Positions 43,656 through 57,261 of a stretch of DNA of 64,000 bases are shown here, piece by piece (the stretch's first letter is position 1; each line of letters starts with the position of its first letter). The stretch comes from the human T2T-CHM13v2.0 reference genome, Homo sapiens. Made by a program: the position numbers and the translations under genes. The stretch is from the NCBI RefSeq assembly GCF_009914755.1, contig NC_060927.1; one strand, written 5' to 3'. Under the pieces are notes generated by a model, which saw nothing but the letters and a program-made list of their open reading frames with translations, had not been told where the DNA came from and did no database searches.

Positions 43656-43916
43656 CTTCGAGCACTCCCCATTTCTTACAGTGCCTGATCCCTCTGAACG
43701 CACATTTTCATTTCTTCCTTCCCTTCAAGGGCCACTCCAAAATCAGTAAGTCTTCCATCATCTCCACATTACCACTTACCCACAGAAAGTCTCCCTCTCT
43801 TGAATTCCTACATCTCTGAGAAGATGCATGAGGAAAGAGAAGTATAACTTATGAGTCGGTAACATTCAGTGCTCATTTCTCAGTGCGTTGCTTGGATCCT
43901 GGCATGCAGGGGCAGC

Positions 43917-44344
43917 TCATTGGCATCAACTGTTCTAAGTACTGGCTAAACAAGAGACAAGCTCTGAGGCATATAGTCACAAATATGGGCAGTAAGGAGT
44001 TATCGTGGGAGTGGTGAATGTGGAGGGGCTCTGAGTGGGAAATAGTTCAACCTCATTTTATAGATCCCACATCTAGGATACAAATCAGTTAAGCCACTTG
44101 CCCAATGTCATTCAGATAACACAAGAGTACCCGGGAGTGCTGAGATCTGAACCCAAGTACACATATATTCTTCCTGCATTTTGCCAAACACAAGGCAATT
44201 TCTAGGCTTAGTGGAGTTAATGATGAGCAAAAAAAAGGCACATCCTAGAAGCTTCTGGTCAAATGGCAGAGATGCTAAGATACAGATTAAAATTTTTTTT
44301 AAGAAAATACAAGTTTTTAAAATTGTTTTAAAGGAATCAAACTA
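43917..44344 (+). repeat. ~430-bp older direct repeat, copy A
   Basis: Colinear with 46289-46723, roughly 85-90% identical by eye. Confidence 0.95.
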
Positions 44345-44460
44345 CACATCTCATCCAGATGACAGATGCTACTGGGGAAGGAAGCACAGCACTTATCTAT
44401 CAGTAGGGCTAGGGAGTTCTTAAGCTGATTAAGGACACAGGCTCCGCAATTAAAGACACC

Positions 44461-44854
44461 TGTGGCACATATACACCACAGAATACTATGCAGTCATAAA
44501 AAAGAATGAGTTCATGTCCTTTGCAGGGACATGGATGAAGCTGGAAGCCATCATTCTTAGCAGACTAATACAGGAAGAGAAAAACCAAACACTGCATGTT
44601 CTCACTCATAAGTGGGAGTTGAGCTATGAGAACACATGGACACGGGAAAGGGAACATCACACACCAGGGCCTATTGGGGAGTTGGGAGCAAGGGGAGGGA
44701 GAGCACTAGGAGAAATACCTAATGCTTGTGGGGCTTAAAACCTAGATGATGGATTAATAGGTGCAGCAAACCACCATGACACATGTATACCTGTGTAACA
44801 AACCTGCACGTTCTGCACATGTATCCCAGAACTTAAAATTAAAAAAAAAAAAAA
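44461..44854 (+). mobile_element. L1PA8-like 3' end with poly(A)
   Basis: tgtggcacatatacacca...ggggcttaaaacctagatgatgg...gtatcccagaacttaaa + A tail. Confidence 0.93.
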
Positions 44855-45399
44855 GAAACAGTGGTTGTGAGAGAACAGTGCAGTAGAGTGGTAGGGATGA
44901 AAGACAAATTATAAATGGTGGAGGAGTGGGGAGAATAAAACAAAAACAAACAAACAAACAAACAAAAACACCTTGGTTCATACCTGGCACCTTACTACTT
45001 GTGTGGCAGGGCAAGCTACTGAACCCCTCTCTGTCTTACATACTGCATGACAAATGATACACATTCAAGTCACACTAGTTTTCATTTTTTCCTATCAGTT
45101 GCCAATTTCTTGTACTAGAGATCTTTACGGGAGGTCTTACCTAGGTGTTACCTTCCTTTTCACCTAGATGACGTATCTGAAATGTTGCCCAGATGGGGAT
45201 CCATATCCAATGTATCTTTTTACTCTGTCTCCGAAGTACCTAACATGGCTTTGGTAAATATCTTTTGTTTAGCTAGCAAGCACATATTAAAATAATGAAG
45301 TGCCCCGTGAGTCACAATGATCATCACAAACAGCCATACGACATTTCCTATGCACTTTTACACTCTTTTAATCTCCCAGGTGATTAGATAGATATATAG

Positions 45400-45590
45400 C
45401 TTAAACATACCGTAAGTCCCTCAGGTGGGCAAATTGTATTGGCCCCATTTTACAGATGGGGAAAATGAGGGAAGGGTAAGAAGCTTGCCCCAAGGTACAG
45501 AGTGAGCCAGTGGTGGAACTGGGATTTGAATGCAGGCTGTCTCGCTCCTGAATCTAACTTCTTAGCTGCTAGATTCAACCGCTGTTCAAC
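45400..45590 (-). mobile_element. MIR
   Basis: ccccattttacagatggggaaaatgagg...ctgggatttgaatgcagg. Confidence 0.85.
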
Positions 45591-45699
45591 AGAGTGAAGG
45601 GATGCTAACACCCAACATATATTGAGCACTCATATGTGCTTTCAAATAATTCCATGAGTTAGGATCTCAAAATAATTTGACGACATAGGAAATGTCATT

Positions 45700-46004
45700 C
45701 TTTTTTTCATTTCATTTATTTATTTTGAGATGAAGTCTCACTCTGTCACTCAGGCTGGAGTGCAGTGGCACAATCTCACTGCAACCTCCGCCTCCTGGGT
45801 TCAAGCACTTCTACTTCCCTCAGCCTCCCAAGTAGTTGGTACTAGAGGTGCACGCCACCACGCCTGGGTAGTTTTTGTATTTTTAGTAGAGAGGGAGGTT
45901 CCCCATGTTGGCCAGGTTGGTCTCGATCTCCTGACCTCAGGTGATCTGCCCACCTCGGCCTCCCAAAGTGCTGGGACTACAGGCGTGACACATCGCGCCC
46001 GGCC
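45700..46004 (-). mobile_element. AluS
   Basis: TSD ggaaatgt(c/t)att. Confidence 0.96.
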
Positions 46005-46023
46005 TGGAAATGTTATTAACCCT

Positions 46024-46320
46024 GTGTTTTAGGTTGGGCTCCTCCAGAAGCCGACTTTCAGAAAAAAATATGAATGAAAGTAATTTATTTAAAAGATAAT
46101 CCCCAAAAGCCCCAGTAAATGGTAAGTGAGACAGGGTGAGAAAGGATGAGGTTTGTTATTGAGCAGTGCACATCTAGTATGACTGAGACTCTGTATACAG
46201 GAGGTAGTGTAGAACACACCTCAGTGTCTTATCAGAATGTGACTAAGGGACCAGGAAGCTGGGACACTTGCCCGTCACTGCCCTTTCATCACTGGCATCA
46301 ACTGTTCTAAGCACTGACTA
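46024..46320 (-). mobile_element. LTR16-family fragment (ERVL)
   Basis: tgttttaggttgggctcctccagaagc...aagtgagacaggg...gtgtagaacacacctcag. Confidence 0.65.
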
Positions 46321-46723
46321 AACAAGAGACGAGCTCTGAGACGTATAGTCACAAATATGTGCAATAAGGAGTTATCTTGGGAGTGTTGAATGTTGAGGGG
46401 CTCTGGGTGGGAAATATTTTAACCTCATTTTACAGATCCCAGGTCTGGGATAAATATCAGTTAAGCCACCTGCCCAATGTCACTCAGGTAACACAAGAGT
46501 ACCTGGGGGTGCTGAGATCTGAACTCAAGCACACATATATTCTTCCTGCATTTTGCATGTTCTCTCTAAGCACAGAGCAATTTCTAGGCTTAGTGGAGTT
46601 AATGATGAGCAAAAAAAGGGACATTCTAGAAGCATCTGGTCTAACAACAGTGATGCTAATATATAGGTTAATTTTTTTTAAGAAAATACAAGTTTTGAAA
46701 ACTGTTTTAACGGAATCAAACTA
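46289..46723 (+). repeat. ~430-bp older direct repeat, copy B
   Basis: Partner of 43917-44344. Confidence 0.95.
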
Positions 46724-47724
46724 TATTGCTGATATAGAGAATAACTCAGGTGGACGTGAGTGGGAAGGGTGTTTAAAAAGGCGTATTCCTGGCAAGGGAA
46801 AGCCAAAGTCACTCATCCGTGGAGACAAAGCAGGCCAGAATGACTGATGGGGATGCAGTGAGTGGCAGAGGAAGGATGGTATGAAATGAGGAAGAAGGAA
46901 GGGAAAAGGCAGACATACTAGTCTCAGAGGCCCTAGTCATGCTTTAGGATTTAATTCTAAAAGCAATGAGAATTTATCAAAGAGCATGCAATTGGCAGAG
47001 GATTTGTTCTTCTATTTAGCCTAAGAGGCCTCCAGATTAAATGTTCTTTCTAAATACTTAAAAAAGGTGACATAGTCTAAAAGGGAGACAGCAAACCAGC
47101 TAGAGGCTGTGGTCAGGTGTGGGGAAGGAGGGGACATTCAGCCTCCTTGTTGTATTCAACCGCCTTCCTCAGCTCTGTCTTCTCTTTTCTGATTCTGTCC
47201 ACATTCCACTTTAATCCTCAATGCTTGTGAGATGATCCAGAGTTTGACTGCATATTTAGCTTTTCAGGGATACTGCAGATAATGATGAGAATTATTCATC
47301 TTTCTTCAGCATAAACCGTATTTAACGAGGGGCTAGAAAAATAATATAAAGAGGCTTTATGGTCAAGTTTCAGAGCTGAGTTAGGAAAGTAATTCCAAGT
47401 AGTAGAGTTTCAGCATATTTTATTTCCTCCTTTTACTTCTCTAAATTTTCCAAATGGATTTATACTATTTTTAAAATAAAAATGGTCAAGCCTTTAAACA
47501 TTTGTGCCAATTATGTAGATAGCCTGCAAAGCTGAGACACTTCTCACTATGCTAATCAGATAACTGGCTCAGGCTTTCTCTTTTATTTGATGAACTTTGG
47601 TCATTCTGAATTTCCAAATATCACCAAAAATTCTGACTTTGATAAATAATCAAATATTTAGCTCTATTGTGTATTTTCTTACAATTTTCAAGTGATATGG
47701 GTGGCCCATATTATATTCACCTTA

Positions 47725-48072
<348 letters not shown>

Positions 48073-48549
48073 TCACACTATTCAAAGATCTTTAATTATA
48101 ATCATTTAAAAACTGTGAGGTAGAAAGGACAATAAGTGTTATTCTCCCCAATATACAGACCAAAATATGGGTAACGTAAGCTAAAGACCCACAGTTAGTA
48201 GCAGAACCCGTTGAAAATCGAGTGTCTATTTAAATAACAAACCTGGGTGTCTATTTGGGGATAAAACACCCAATCTCTACAGCCCTTTGATTTCAAAAGA
48301 ACTGATATCCCAGGAAGATAGAGAACTTAACATAAATAAGAATAACCAAAGTGAAGCTTAAACATTTGTACAAACCTTGACAATTTCATTTTTTGTATTG
48401 TTTGTATTACCCAAGTCTTATCACAGGGGACACTGAGAACCAAATTAAGTGTGTCAAAAATCAAAAGGAAAGATACATAAGCCATCTCCTCTGAATTTTT
48501 TCCTCCTTCCCTTGTTTCTTCCTTATAAACACTGCTGGGTACTTAACTT

Positions 48550-48780
48550 TTAAAAACATGGGCTTTGAGGAAGGACATAGCTGGGTACCAATCCCATCTC
48601 TGCTCTTTAAGAAGTTGGGTTACCTCTGACAAGTTACAAACCTTGCTTAGCATCTATCTCTTTACCTTTATATTAGCCACAATACCCACTCCATAGAGTG
48701 GGTTTTATATATTACTATTTGTACAGACTTGCAAGAATGCAAAGTGCGTAGAAAGTGCTCAATAAACAGTAACTAGTGGT
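48550..48780 (+). mobile_element. MIR
   Basis: aatcccatctctgctctt...gacaagttac...gtgctcaataaac. Confidence 0.65.
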
Positions 48781-49182
48781 GACTGGGGTAGGGGTAGTGC
48801 CAATAGTTGCTTTAAGAACAGTTGAACTAGCAGCAATGGCCAATGCCATTGGCAACCAAATTGTGCTCATAACTCTATGGACCAGATCTTAAGACTCCAA
48901 CACTGGGAAATTTGCTGTCATTCTTTGATCCCTGGGCTTAAATGTCTACTTCTTAATGCTATGAGCTAAATATTCAATGTTAAAATGGACAGGGGGTCAT
49001 GCTCCATCTCATTTATCATAAGTGAATAACTGGGTTATTTTGACCATAGATCAAACTCCAAAAATTTAAGCAAAGAAATAATATGTGTAGGTTCCAGAAA
49101 GAGATGGGGAAAATGTGAAAATACAGCTAAAATAACCCACAATTTAAATTTTGGCTACAGAGTTAATGTCCTATTTGTAAAC

Positions 49183-49394
49183 CAGAATTTTATAATCTCA
49201 ACACTGCTGAGCAGATAACTAATCATATTTTGAACCAAATAATTATTTGCTGTGTGAGCCTGTAGATGTTTAGCAGCATTCCTGCCTGTACTTATAAATG
49301 CCACTTGTGCCACCAACCCCCGGTTGTGACAACCAAAAACTGGCTTGACTCCCAAATCCACTGGAGCAAAAGTACCTTCGATTGAGAACCACTG
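49183..49394. mobile_element. MER20
   Basis: gatgtttagcagcattcctg...gttgtgacaaccaaaaa...ttgagaaccactg. Confidence 0.85.
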
Positions 49395-49403
49395 CTCTAT
49401 ACT

Positions 49404-49693
49404 CTTTTTTTTTAGGCAGAGTCTCACTCTGTTGCCCAGGCTGGAGTACAGTTGTGTGAACAAATTCATTGCAGCCTCGACCTCTTGTGCTCAAGTGAGC
49501 TTCCCACCTCAGCCTCCCAAGTCCCTGGGACTACAGGTGCATGCCACCATGCCTGGCTAGTTTTTTAATTTTTTGCAGAGACAGAGAGTCCCCATGTTGC
49601 CTAGGCTGGTCTTGAACTCCTGGGTTCAAGCCATCCTCCTGCCTCAGCCTCCCAAAGTGCTCGCATTACAGGCGTGAGCTACCACACTCGGCC
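49404..49693 (-). mobile_element. AluJ
   Basis: TSD tgct(c/g)tatactct. Confidence 0.95.
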
Positions 49694-50403
49694 TGCTGTA
49701 TACTCTTGACTTTAGAATGCTCATAATTCTAAAGAACCATGTTGCATCGTGCCTTCTCATAAAGCCTCAGCCTTCAATTTCACACCATCCAAACCCATTG
49801 AAGCTCTTGAGTCCCTTGACATGGTAACTCCTATCCCTCTCCCATCAGACCATCTCCTCATGGAGGTGACAGACAATTCAGGAAAATCTCCCATTAAATC
49901 CACTCCCCTAAAGCCCTCTTGGAAGAGTAACTATATGAACTTTATACTTCTCTCCCTCCCAACTTTGTACCTACTTTCTCAGAGGTGCTTAAAAAATATC
50001 ACTTCTCTGAACCCCAGTTCTCTCTTTTATCAGTTTCATGTCTTCAAAAATAGCAGGATTATATTGCCCTCTGCAGATGCCACTGGTGATAAAGAATAAA
50101 AATTGAAACTGACTTTTTAATGTAACAGCAGTGTATCACAAAGGAGGAAAACAAGAAAGAAGGGAATTAACAATGATTAAACACCTACCATGTGCCAGCC
50201 TCTGCACTAAGTACCTATAATATTACTTCATTTAATCTGTATAGTGAAACTTTCGAGTAAAGTTTTCTGAGATCAAAAGAAAGTGCATTTCTGACATTAT
50301 CTTTTAAATAAATGGTCATTTCAGATTGTTCCGCCCACTTTAGTGTACTATTTCCCAAAAGCATCCAAGAATCCTTGTGAAAAGTGAAGACAGTCTGCAA
50401 TAA

Positions 50404-50439
50404 CTCTCTCTCTGTGTGTGTGTGTGTGTGTGTGTGTGT
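50404..50439. repeat. (CT)n(GT)n microsatellite
   Basis: Directly visible. Confidence 0.95.
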
Positions 50440-50929
50440 ATCACAACTTAACCCATAGTTTTGGAATGTCAGTCATCTCACCAAAATCCGGAATGAACTA
50501 TGTCCCAGTGGATCACATATTCTTGAAAGGGCAGTCAGATTTCTGATAAGCAACTCATATACACGAGAGCAAAGGCAAGGTTCTATCTATAGCCCTGTCA
50601 TGAGGCAAGCTGTCTCTTTTTGAAAATGATTTAGAGGCAGCTGGCCTCTGGTCTGCTAGTCTGTTGGTGTCTCACTTGGCTATTCAACATCAGAGGCAGG
50701 AATCTCTGCCCATTTTCACATAATGCACATGTCTTCCTACTGGAAGATCTTTCTCCAGGAGTGGAGGGTTCAGGTCAAGGTCTCTGCTCACGAAATAAAG
50801 ACAGAACTCAGCACTATTTATATCACACCAGAACTGACTCAGCGCCATTGCCCATTTAACTCACTTGTCTTGCTATTTGGAGATGTTCTCTCTCTTCTGG
50901 CTTTTCTGCCATCTGTGACATCTCTCCAG

Positions 50930-51098
50930 GCATACCGTAAGGCGAGGACATTTTGAAGGATCACTCTATTTGTTTCATCCTAGAAAAGTTTATATCAGTC
51001 CAATTCTGCTGCTAACTGGACTTCGTCTCTGGCTTCTTCATTTGGAAATCTACCTCTTATGCTAAGTGCCCTTATATCACCTGGCGGTTTGCAAAGAG
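50930..51098 (+). other. Candidate alternative/poison exon in CNTN6 intron 2
   Basis: Long pyrimidine tract ending tctctccag|GCAT (alternative acceptor catcctag|AAAA at 50984); strong donor GAG|gtgagt; non-repetitive sequence. Confidence 0.45.
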
Positions 51099-51129
51099 GT
51101 GAGTGTGACTGCTCCAGTAAAAACAGCTG

Positions 51130-51380
51130 CCTTTACTAAGCTTTACAGCATGTGCTCGATATTGAGCTAAGTGCTTTACGTGAATTATTTCATTTAATCC
51201 TCAGAAAATCCTCTAAAGGACAGGAAGTATTATAATCTCCATTTAGATAAAGGCAACTAATTAAGATAAGTTAACAGCTGCCAAATTTCATACAACTAGT
51301 ACATGACGAAGTTGGGATGTGAACCCGGACCCATCCAATCCCAATGCCCAAGGATGTTCCACTTTATCACACCACCTCCC
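51130..51380 (-). mobile_element. MIR
   Basis: ctaagtgctttacgtgaattatttcatttaatcctca...gggatgtgaacccgg. Confidence 0.8.
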
Positions 51381-52735
51381 TGTGAGCTTCTGTTGAGATT
51401 ATTTTTTTACTGCCTGATCCACAATATTATTGTCATCTTTATTTGGCTTGGCGGTTGACAAAATGAATGCATTTCTAGAATCTTCAATGACGTGAAAATT
51501 GGATTACAAACAAAACCATCTCTGGAACTGCCTGTTTCCTGTATTTTCCTTTTGGGGAAAAAAAAAAAAAAACTAAAATAATGAGCTAGACGAGAATTCT
51601 GATCTCAGATATGCCACTACATGCTCCTGCACACCAGAGCAATGATGTACCTCTCGAGACTTCTGTTTCTTTATTTGTAAACTGGTGGGGTTGGAATTAT
51701 GAATTTTAAATTCCTTTCTATCTCCAATACACTGTGATTTTCTGATGCAGTGGGTATTACTGCCTCACAAAGGGCTTACAAAATACACTGGAGAAAACAC
51801 CAGTAATAGAAAATTCTACATTCATTGCTACTTAACTTTGTGCTCATTCAAATATCTTCATAGTGTCTCTCTCCAGAGACTCCAAGCACTTACTTAATTT
51901 AATATAGCCCTTTATAAAATGGGTCTTCTCTGCAAATCTCAGCTTGAGGCATTTCTCTGGTACCCACACAATACATTCGCTTTTACAGAGGCTTTATTTT
52001 TTCCCCTAAGAATTTCCTGTTCATTTAGCTACAGCCAGAGGTAAAGCTAACAAATTTGTACATCTCTTCAGAGGCACCCAATTTACTAAATGTCTTTTAA
52101 TTGGCATAGGAGCTCATAGAATGTCCTCTGAGAGGTCACGTTAAGAGTTATTTTGTTAAATACAAAGGTATAGAGGAGGTATTTTCAGATGGAATCTGAA
52201 ACTCAAACGGAAATTTTTTAGCAGCATCTCATGGAACTTCTCAGTTTTCTTATCACAAATGTTCTCCTGTCAGATCTTCTGTCGTAAATATGACCCTGTA
52301 GACTGAACAATGGAAATGACAGCCACTGAATCCATCTCTCTTTCTCTTTTCTGCATTTAAAATTCAAGATTATAATTGTAGTACAAAGTATGATTAGTAA
52401 CTATCAGTGTGAACTTTGGAGTCCACACTAATCTCCTAAAATTTCAGTCATCCATTCAACAATACTCATGGCTTCACCCACATGCTCACTTCTGTGTCCC
52501 TTAAATCAGTGGCTGACACATAGGAAGAACCCAATGAATAATAATGCTAAATTGATATGCCAAGCACTGTGCTACAGGTAAAGCACTGAACAAAGCTGAC
52601 ATTGCCCCAATCCTTAAAAAGTTTATAGTCCGGAAATAATTGTTTATTCTTATATGCATGCGCCCACACACGCGTGTGCACACACAGACACACTCCCAAG
52701 CACATCTATAATCAGTGTATTAAAACAAATATCTT

Positions 52736-53023
52736 GGCAGAGTGTGGTGGGCCATTCCTGTAATTCCAGCATTTTTGGAGGCCAAGGTGGGTGATCTCTT
52801 GAACCCAGGAGTTTGAGACCAGCTTGGGCAACATGGTGAGACCCCATCTACAAAAAACACAAAATTTGGCCAGGCATGGTGGTGTGCCTGTAGTCACAGA
52901 CACTCAGGGAGCTGAGGAAGGAGGATTGCTTGAGGGTGGGAGGCCCAGACTACGGTGAGTACCACTGCACTCCAGCCTGGGCAAGAAAGTGAGACTTTGT
53001 CTCAAAAAAAAAAAAAAAAAAAA
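52736..53023 (+). mobile_element. AluJ
   Basis: Dimer with A20 tail; TSD a(a/c)atatctt. Confidence 0.95.
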
Positions 53024-54125
53024 GACATATCTTTAAGAGCATGTAAAAGGAAAATTCCACTTGATCTAAGGAGTTCAAATAACACTACCATAAAAAATTG
53101 ACTTTCTAACTAAAATGTGAATAAAATTTTACCAATGATTAGATACAGTGGAGAAGAGGCATTTAGGGTATAGGCAAAAACAAACAAACAAAAGAACAAA
53201 GTGAGGTATGGGAGAAAACAGTCTACTCAAGGCTAACAGCAGGTTAGCCAATTGCAGATAGCAACTGGGAGCACAGCAGATGAGGCAGCAGGGAGAGGCA
53301 GGGACCAAACTATATAGGACTTTGTAGGTCCTTTTACTACTTTATTACTAAGGATACTTTACTATATTGTAAAACAATATGAAGTTATTAAAGACTTTCT
53401 AGCTGCAAGAGGGCAGTAGAGCAGGAGAGGCAAACAACAAAGACATTATCTGATTTGTATATGCAAAAGACCCCATTGGCTACTCTTTGGTGAATATATT
53501 GTGAGAGTGGAAAGAATGAGAATTAAAAGGCAGTCATAGAAATCAATTAAAAGGCAATCATAGAAAGTGAGACTTTGTCTCAAAAAAAAAAAAAAAAAAA
53601 AAGACATATCTTTAAGAGCATGTAAAAGGAAAATTCCACTTGATCTAAGGAGTTCAAATAACACTACCATAAAAAATTGACTTTCTAACTAAAATGTGAA
53701 TAAAATTTTACCAATGATTAGATACAGTGGAGAAGAGGCATTTAGGGTATAGGCAAAAACAAACAAACAAAAGAACAAAGTGAGGTATGGGAGAAAACAG
53801 TCTACTCAAGGCTAACAGCAGGTTAGCCAATTGCAGATAGCAACTGGGAGCACAGCAGATGAGGCAGCAGGGAGAGGCAGGGACCAAACTATATAGGACT
53901 TTGTAGGTCCTTTTACTACTTTATTACTAAGGATACTTTACTATATTGTAAAACAATATGAAGTTATTAAAGACTTTCTAGCTGCAAGAGGGCAGTAGAG
54001 CAGGAGAGGCAAACAACAAAGACATTATCTGATTTGTATATGCAAAAGACCCCATTGGCTACTCTTTGGTGAATATATTGTGAGAGTGGAAAGAATGAGA
54101 ATTAAAAGGCAGTCATAGAAATCAA
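52984..54125 (+). repeat. Near-perfect tandem duplication, period 578 bp (52984-53546 and 53562-54125)
   Basis: Copies look identical except poly(A) length (20 vs 21); 15-bp templated junction at 53547-53561. Confidence 0.98.
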
Positions 54126-54534
54126 AGCCAAAATAGCAATAGTGTGATGCGGGACTCTTGCTGTAGCAACAGAACTATTTGAATAGATTTAGGATGTAAT
54201 TGAAGGGTTAAAAGTGAGACTTGGTATTGCATTTTATATAGATACAATGGAGAAGAAGGAATTTGTCAAGGAGGACTCTTAGGTGTCTAACCTCAGCAAT
54301 TGGTTCACTGGTTGTGGCATTTTCTGAAATAAAAAAGGAGAGAACTAAATCTGGGGTGAGATTGTAAGTGCTTCCTTCTACATTTTGATTTGAAAAGCTC
54401 TGAGTTTATTGTCCCTGTAGAAATATTGAGTACAAACAGTGGATGTTTGTGGAATAAAAAGAAGGAAAAGGAGTCAGAGTTGTGATGAATTTGGGAATCA
54501 CCACAACATGTATAACAAAATATAGTAGAAATAT

Positions 54535-54778
54535 TGGGAGGCCGGGGCGGGCGGATCAACTAAGGTCGGGAGTTTGAGACCAGCCTGACCAACATGGAGA
54601 AACCCTGTTTCTACTAAAAATACAAAATTAGCTGGATATGGTGGTGAATGCCTGTAATCCCAGCTACTCGGGAGGCTGAGGCACGAGAATCACTTGAACC
54701 TGGGATGCAGAAGTTGCTGTGGGCCAAGATCGTGCACCGCACCTGGGCAACAAGAGTGAAACTCTGCCTCAGAAAAAA
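54535..54778 (+). mobile_element. AluSp-like, 5'-truncated
   Basis: ggtcgggagtttgagaccagcctgaccaacatggagaaaccc. Confidence 0.93.
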
Positions 54779-55219
54779 GCCCCAGATCAAACTTGAGGCT
54801 GTTTGATTCAACCTGGTTAGCCGAAGAGAGTGGCTGGTAGAGAATGACTAGCATGCAACGGTGATGGAGAAATATTAGCCACAAAGATACGAGGCAAACT
54901 AGGGAGTATGGAATCACAAAAAGCAAAGAAAAAGCAAGTTTTCAGGTGAGGGAACAATTTATAACTCTTGATTATTCAAGTATATAGAGAAGTTAAAAAT
55001 ATCTACAGGTATCATAACAAGCATGTCACCTACAACTTTAGTTGAACTATGTCTGTTTATTTAAGAGATAAGTAAAATTGAATTTACTAAGTGGAAAGTG
55101 TGGAAATAGAAGCAATAGATACAGACAACAATTCATAGATAGATGTTTAGCTGTGAAGGGTTTTAAAATGTTTATGCTAATAAAGTATTAATGAGTCAAA
55201 ATGTACTACACATGATCTC

Positions 55220-55785
55220 TAAATATCACTCCACAGATTATTTCTTCATTACAAGCAGAGTAAAAGGCCTCCTCAATGCTAAGAGGTGCACTTTCTACTA
55301 CAACCAAGTGATCAAATTTTGCATCACTCATAATGAGACCAACTGAAATAATACACCTCTGGATGACAAAGCATAGAATATTACTCATGTCCTTTTCTTG
55401 CCATAATGTTTAATCTTAATCTAATCCTGAGGAAACAATCACAAAGTTCCAACTGGGAACCCTTCTCCATGGCCTGGGATCTTCAAGAACGTCAACGTGA
55501 TAAAAGTAAAAAATGTGAGGAAAATGTTCTAATTAAAAGAAGCGAGAGATTGCATAGTAAACACAATGTTGGTTTGATATTTTAAAACTCAGATATAAAA
55601 AATTTTGGGGGGTTTGTTGAATAAACTTGAACATAGATTATAATGAAGTATTGTGTCTACCTTAATTTTCTCAAGTGTGATGTTGTTATGATTATTGAAA
55701 GAGAATAGTCTTTTTCTCAGAAAATAATGCTGTGGAATTTAGGGATGAAATGTGATACTCTGCAACTTCTTTCAAAGCAGTTAAA
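55220..55785 (+). mobile_element. L1ME/MC 3'UTR fragment, resuming at ~58492-58690
   Basis: tttaatcttaatctaatcctgaggaaacaatca...tttagggatgaaatgtgatactctgcaactt; continuation caaatgtggcaa...gggtattcataata. Confidence 0.7.
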
Positions 55786-56161
55786 AGTAAGAAATTTAAA
55801 TTGTATTTTTGTCTTCATTTATTGCATTTATAGATCTCTTAATTTCCTTGTCAAGATTCAAGATTCTATCTAGCATCACCTTTTTTCTGCCTGAAGAAAT
55901 TTTTAAAATATATTTCAAGTTCAGCTCTGCTGACAATGTAATCTCTGAATTTTTGTTTACCTAAGAAAACCTTTATTTCTCCATAATTTTTGAAAGATAC
56001 TTTCACTGGGTATAGAACTGTGGGCAGACAGATTTTTTTCTTTCAGCACTTTAAAGACATCACTATGTTTTCTTCTTACATGCATGATTTCTGAAGGGAA
56101 ATATTCTTTACTTTTTTTATTTTTCTGTATATATGTATAAATTTTTTTTCTTTATTGGTAA

Positions 56162-56668
<507 letters not shown>

Positions 56669-57261
56669 TAATGACATCTTCAAGTCTACCAAATCTTTCC
56701 TTTGATATGTCAAGTCTACTGATAAGATGAAGGTTTCTTCATCACTGCTACTATGTTTTCCATTCCTAGATTTCTACTTGATTTTTACCATCTATCTATT
56801 GAAATTAGCCTGCTGATGATGCATATTGTCTGTGTTTTCCAGTAGAGCTTCAATATATGAATTAGAGTTATTTCAAATTCTCTATGTGATAGTTCCAATA
56901 CCTATGTCATATCTGATTCTGGTTCTGTTGATTGCTTTGTCTCTTGGTAGTTTCCTTCCCCCCACTGTTTTCTCATATGCTTAATAACTTTTTGCTGAAG
57001 CTCGACATTTTGTCCAAAAGAGTGGAGACTAAATAGTTTCTAAACCTAAGAATAGGCATGTTTTTACTTCTGATAGGTCGTTAGTGTGGAAGTTTGAGCA
57101 ATGTAGTCAGTAGTTGTGCTGGGTTTGGGTTTGTTATGCTTGCACTCTACCACTGGCTTCCACTTCCTTTGGTTATACTTGTGTTTAGAGTGAGGACTGG
57201 TTTGCCAGAGAGTAGTCTGTTTCACTCCCATCTTTAGGGTAATCTCTTCACACTGCAACTC

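Noticed and set aside
46377-46847. Longest ORF in the track (156 aa)
   Set aside because: Non-ATG start, built from MIR/L2 remnants, no recognisable domain; the duplicate copy has a stop at the matching position (ctctga vs ctctgg).
52984-54125. Direct repeats as a CRISPR array or paired LTRs
   Set aside because: Eukaryotic intron; only two long copies, no repeat-spacer periodicity, no TG..CA termini, PBS or PPT.
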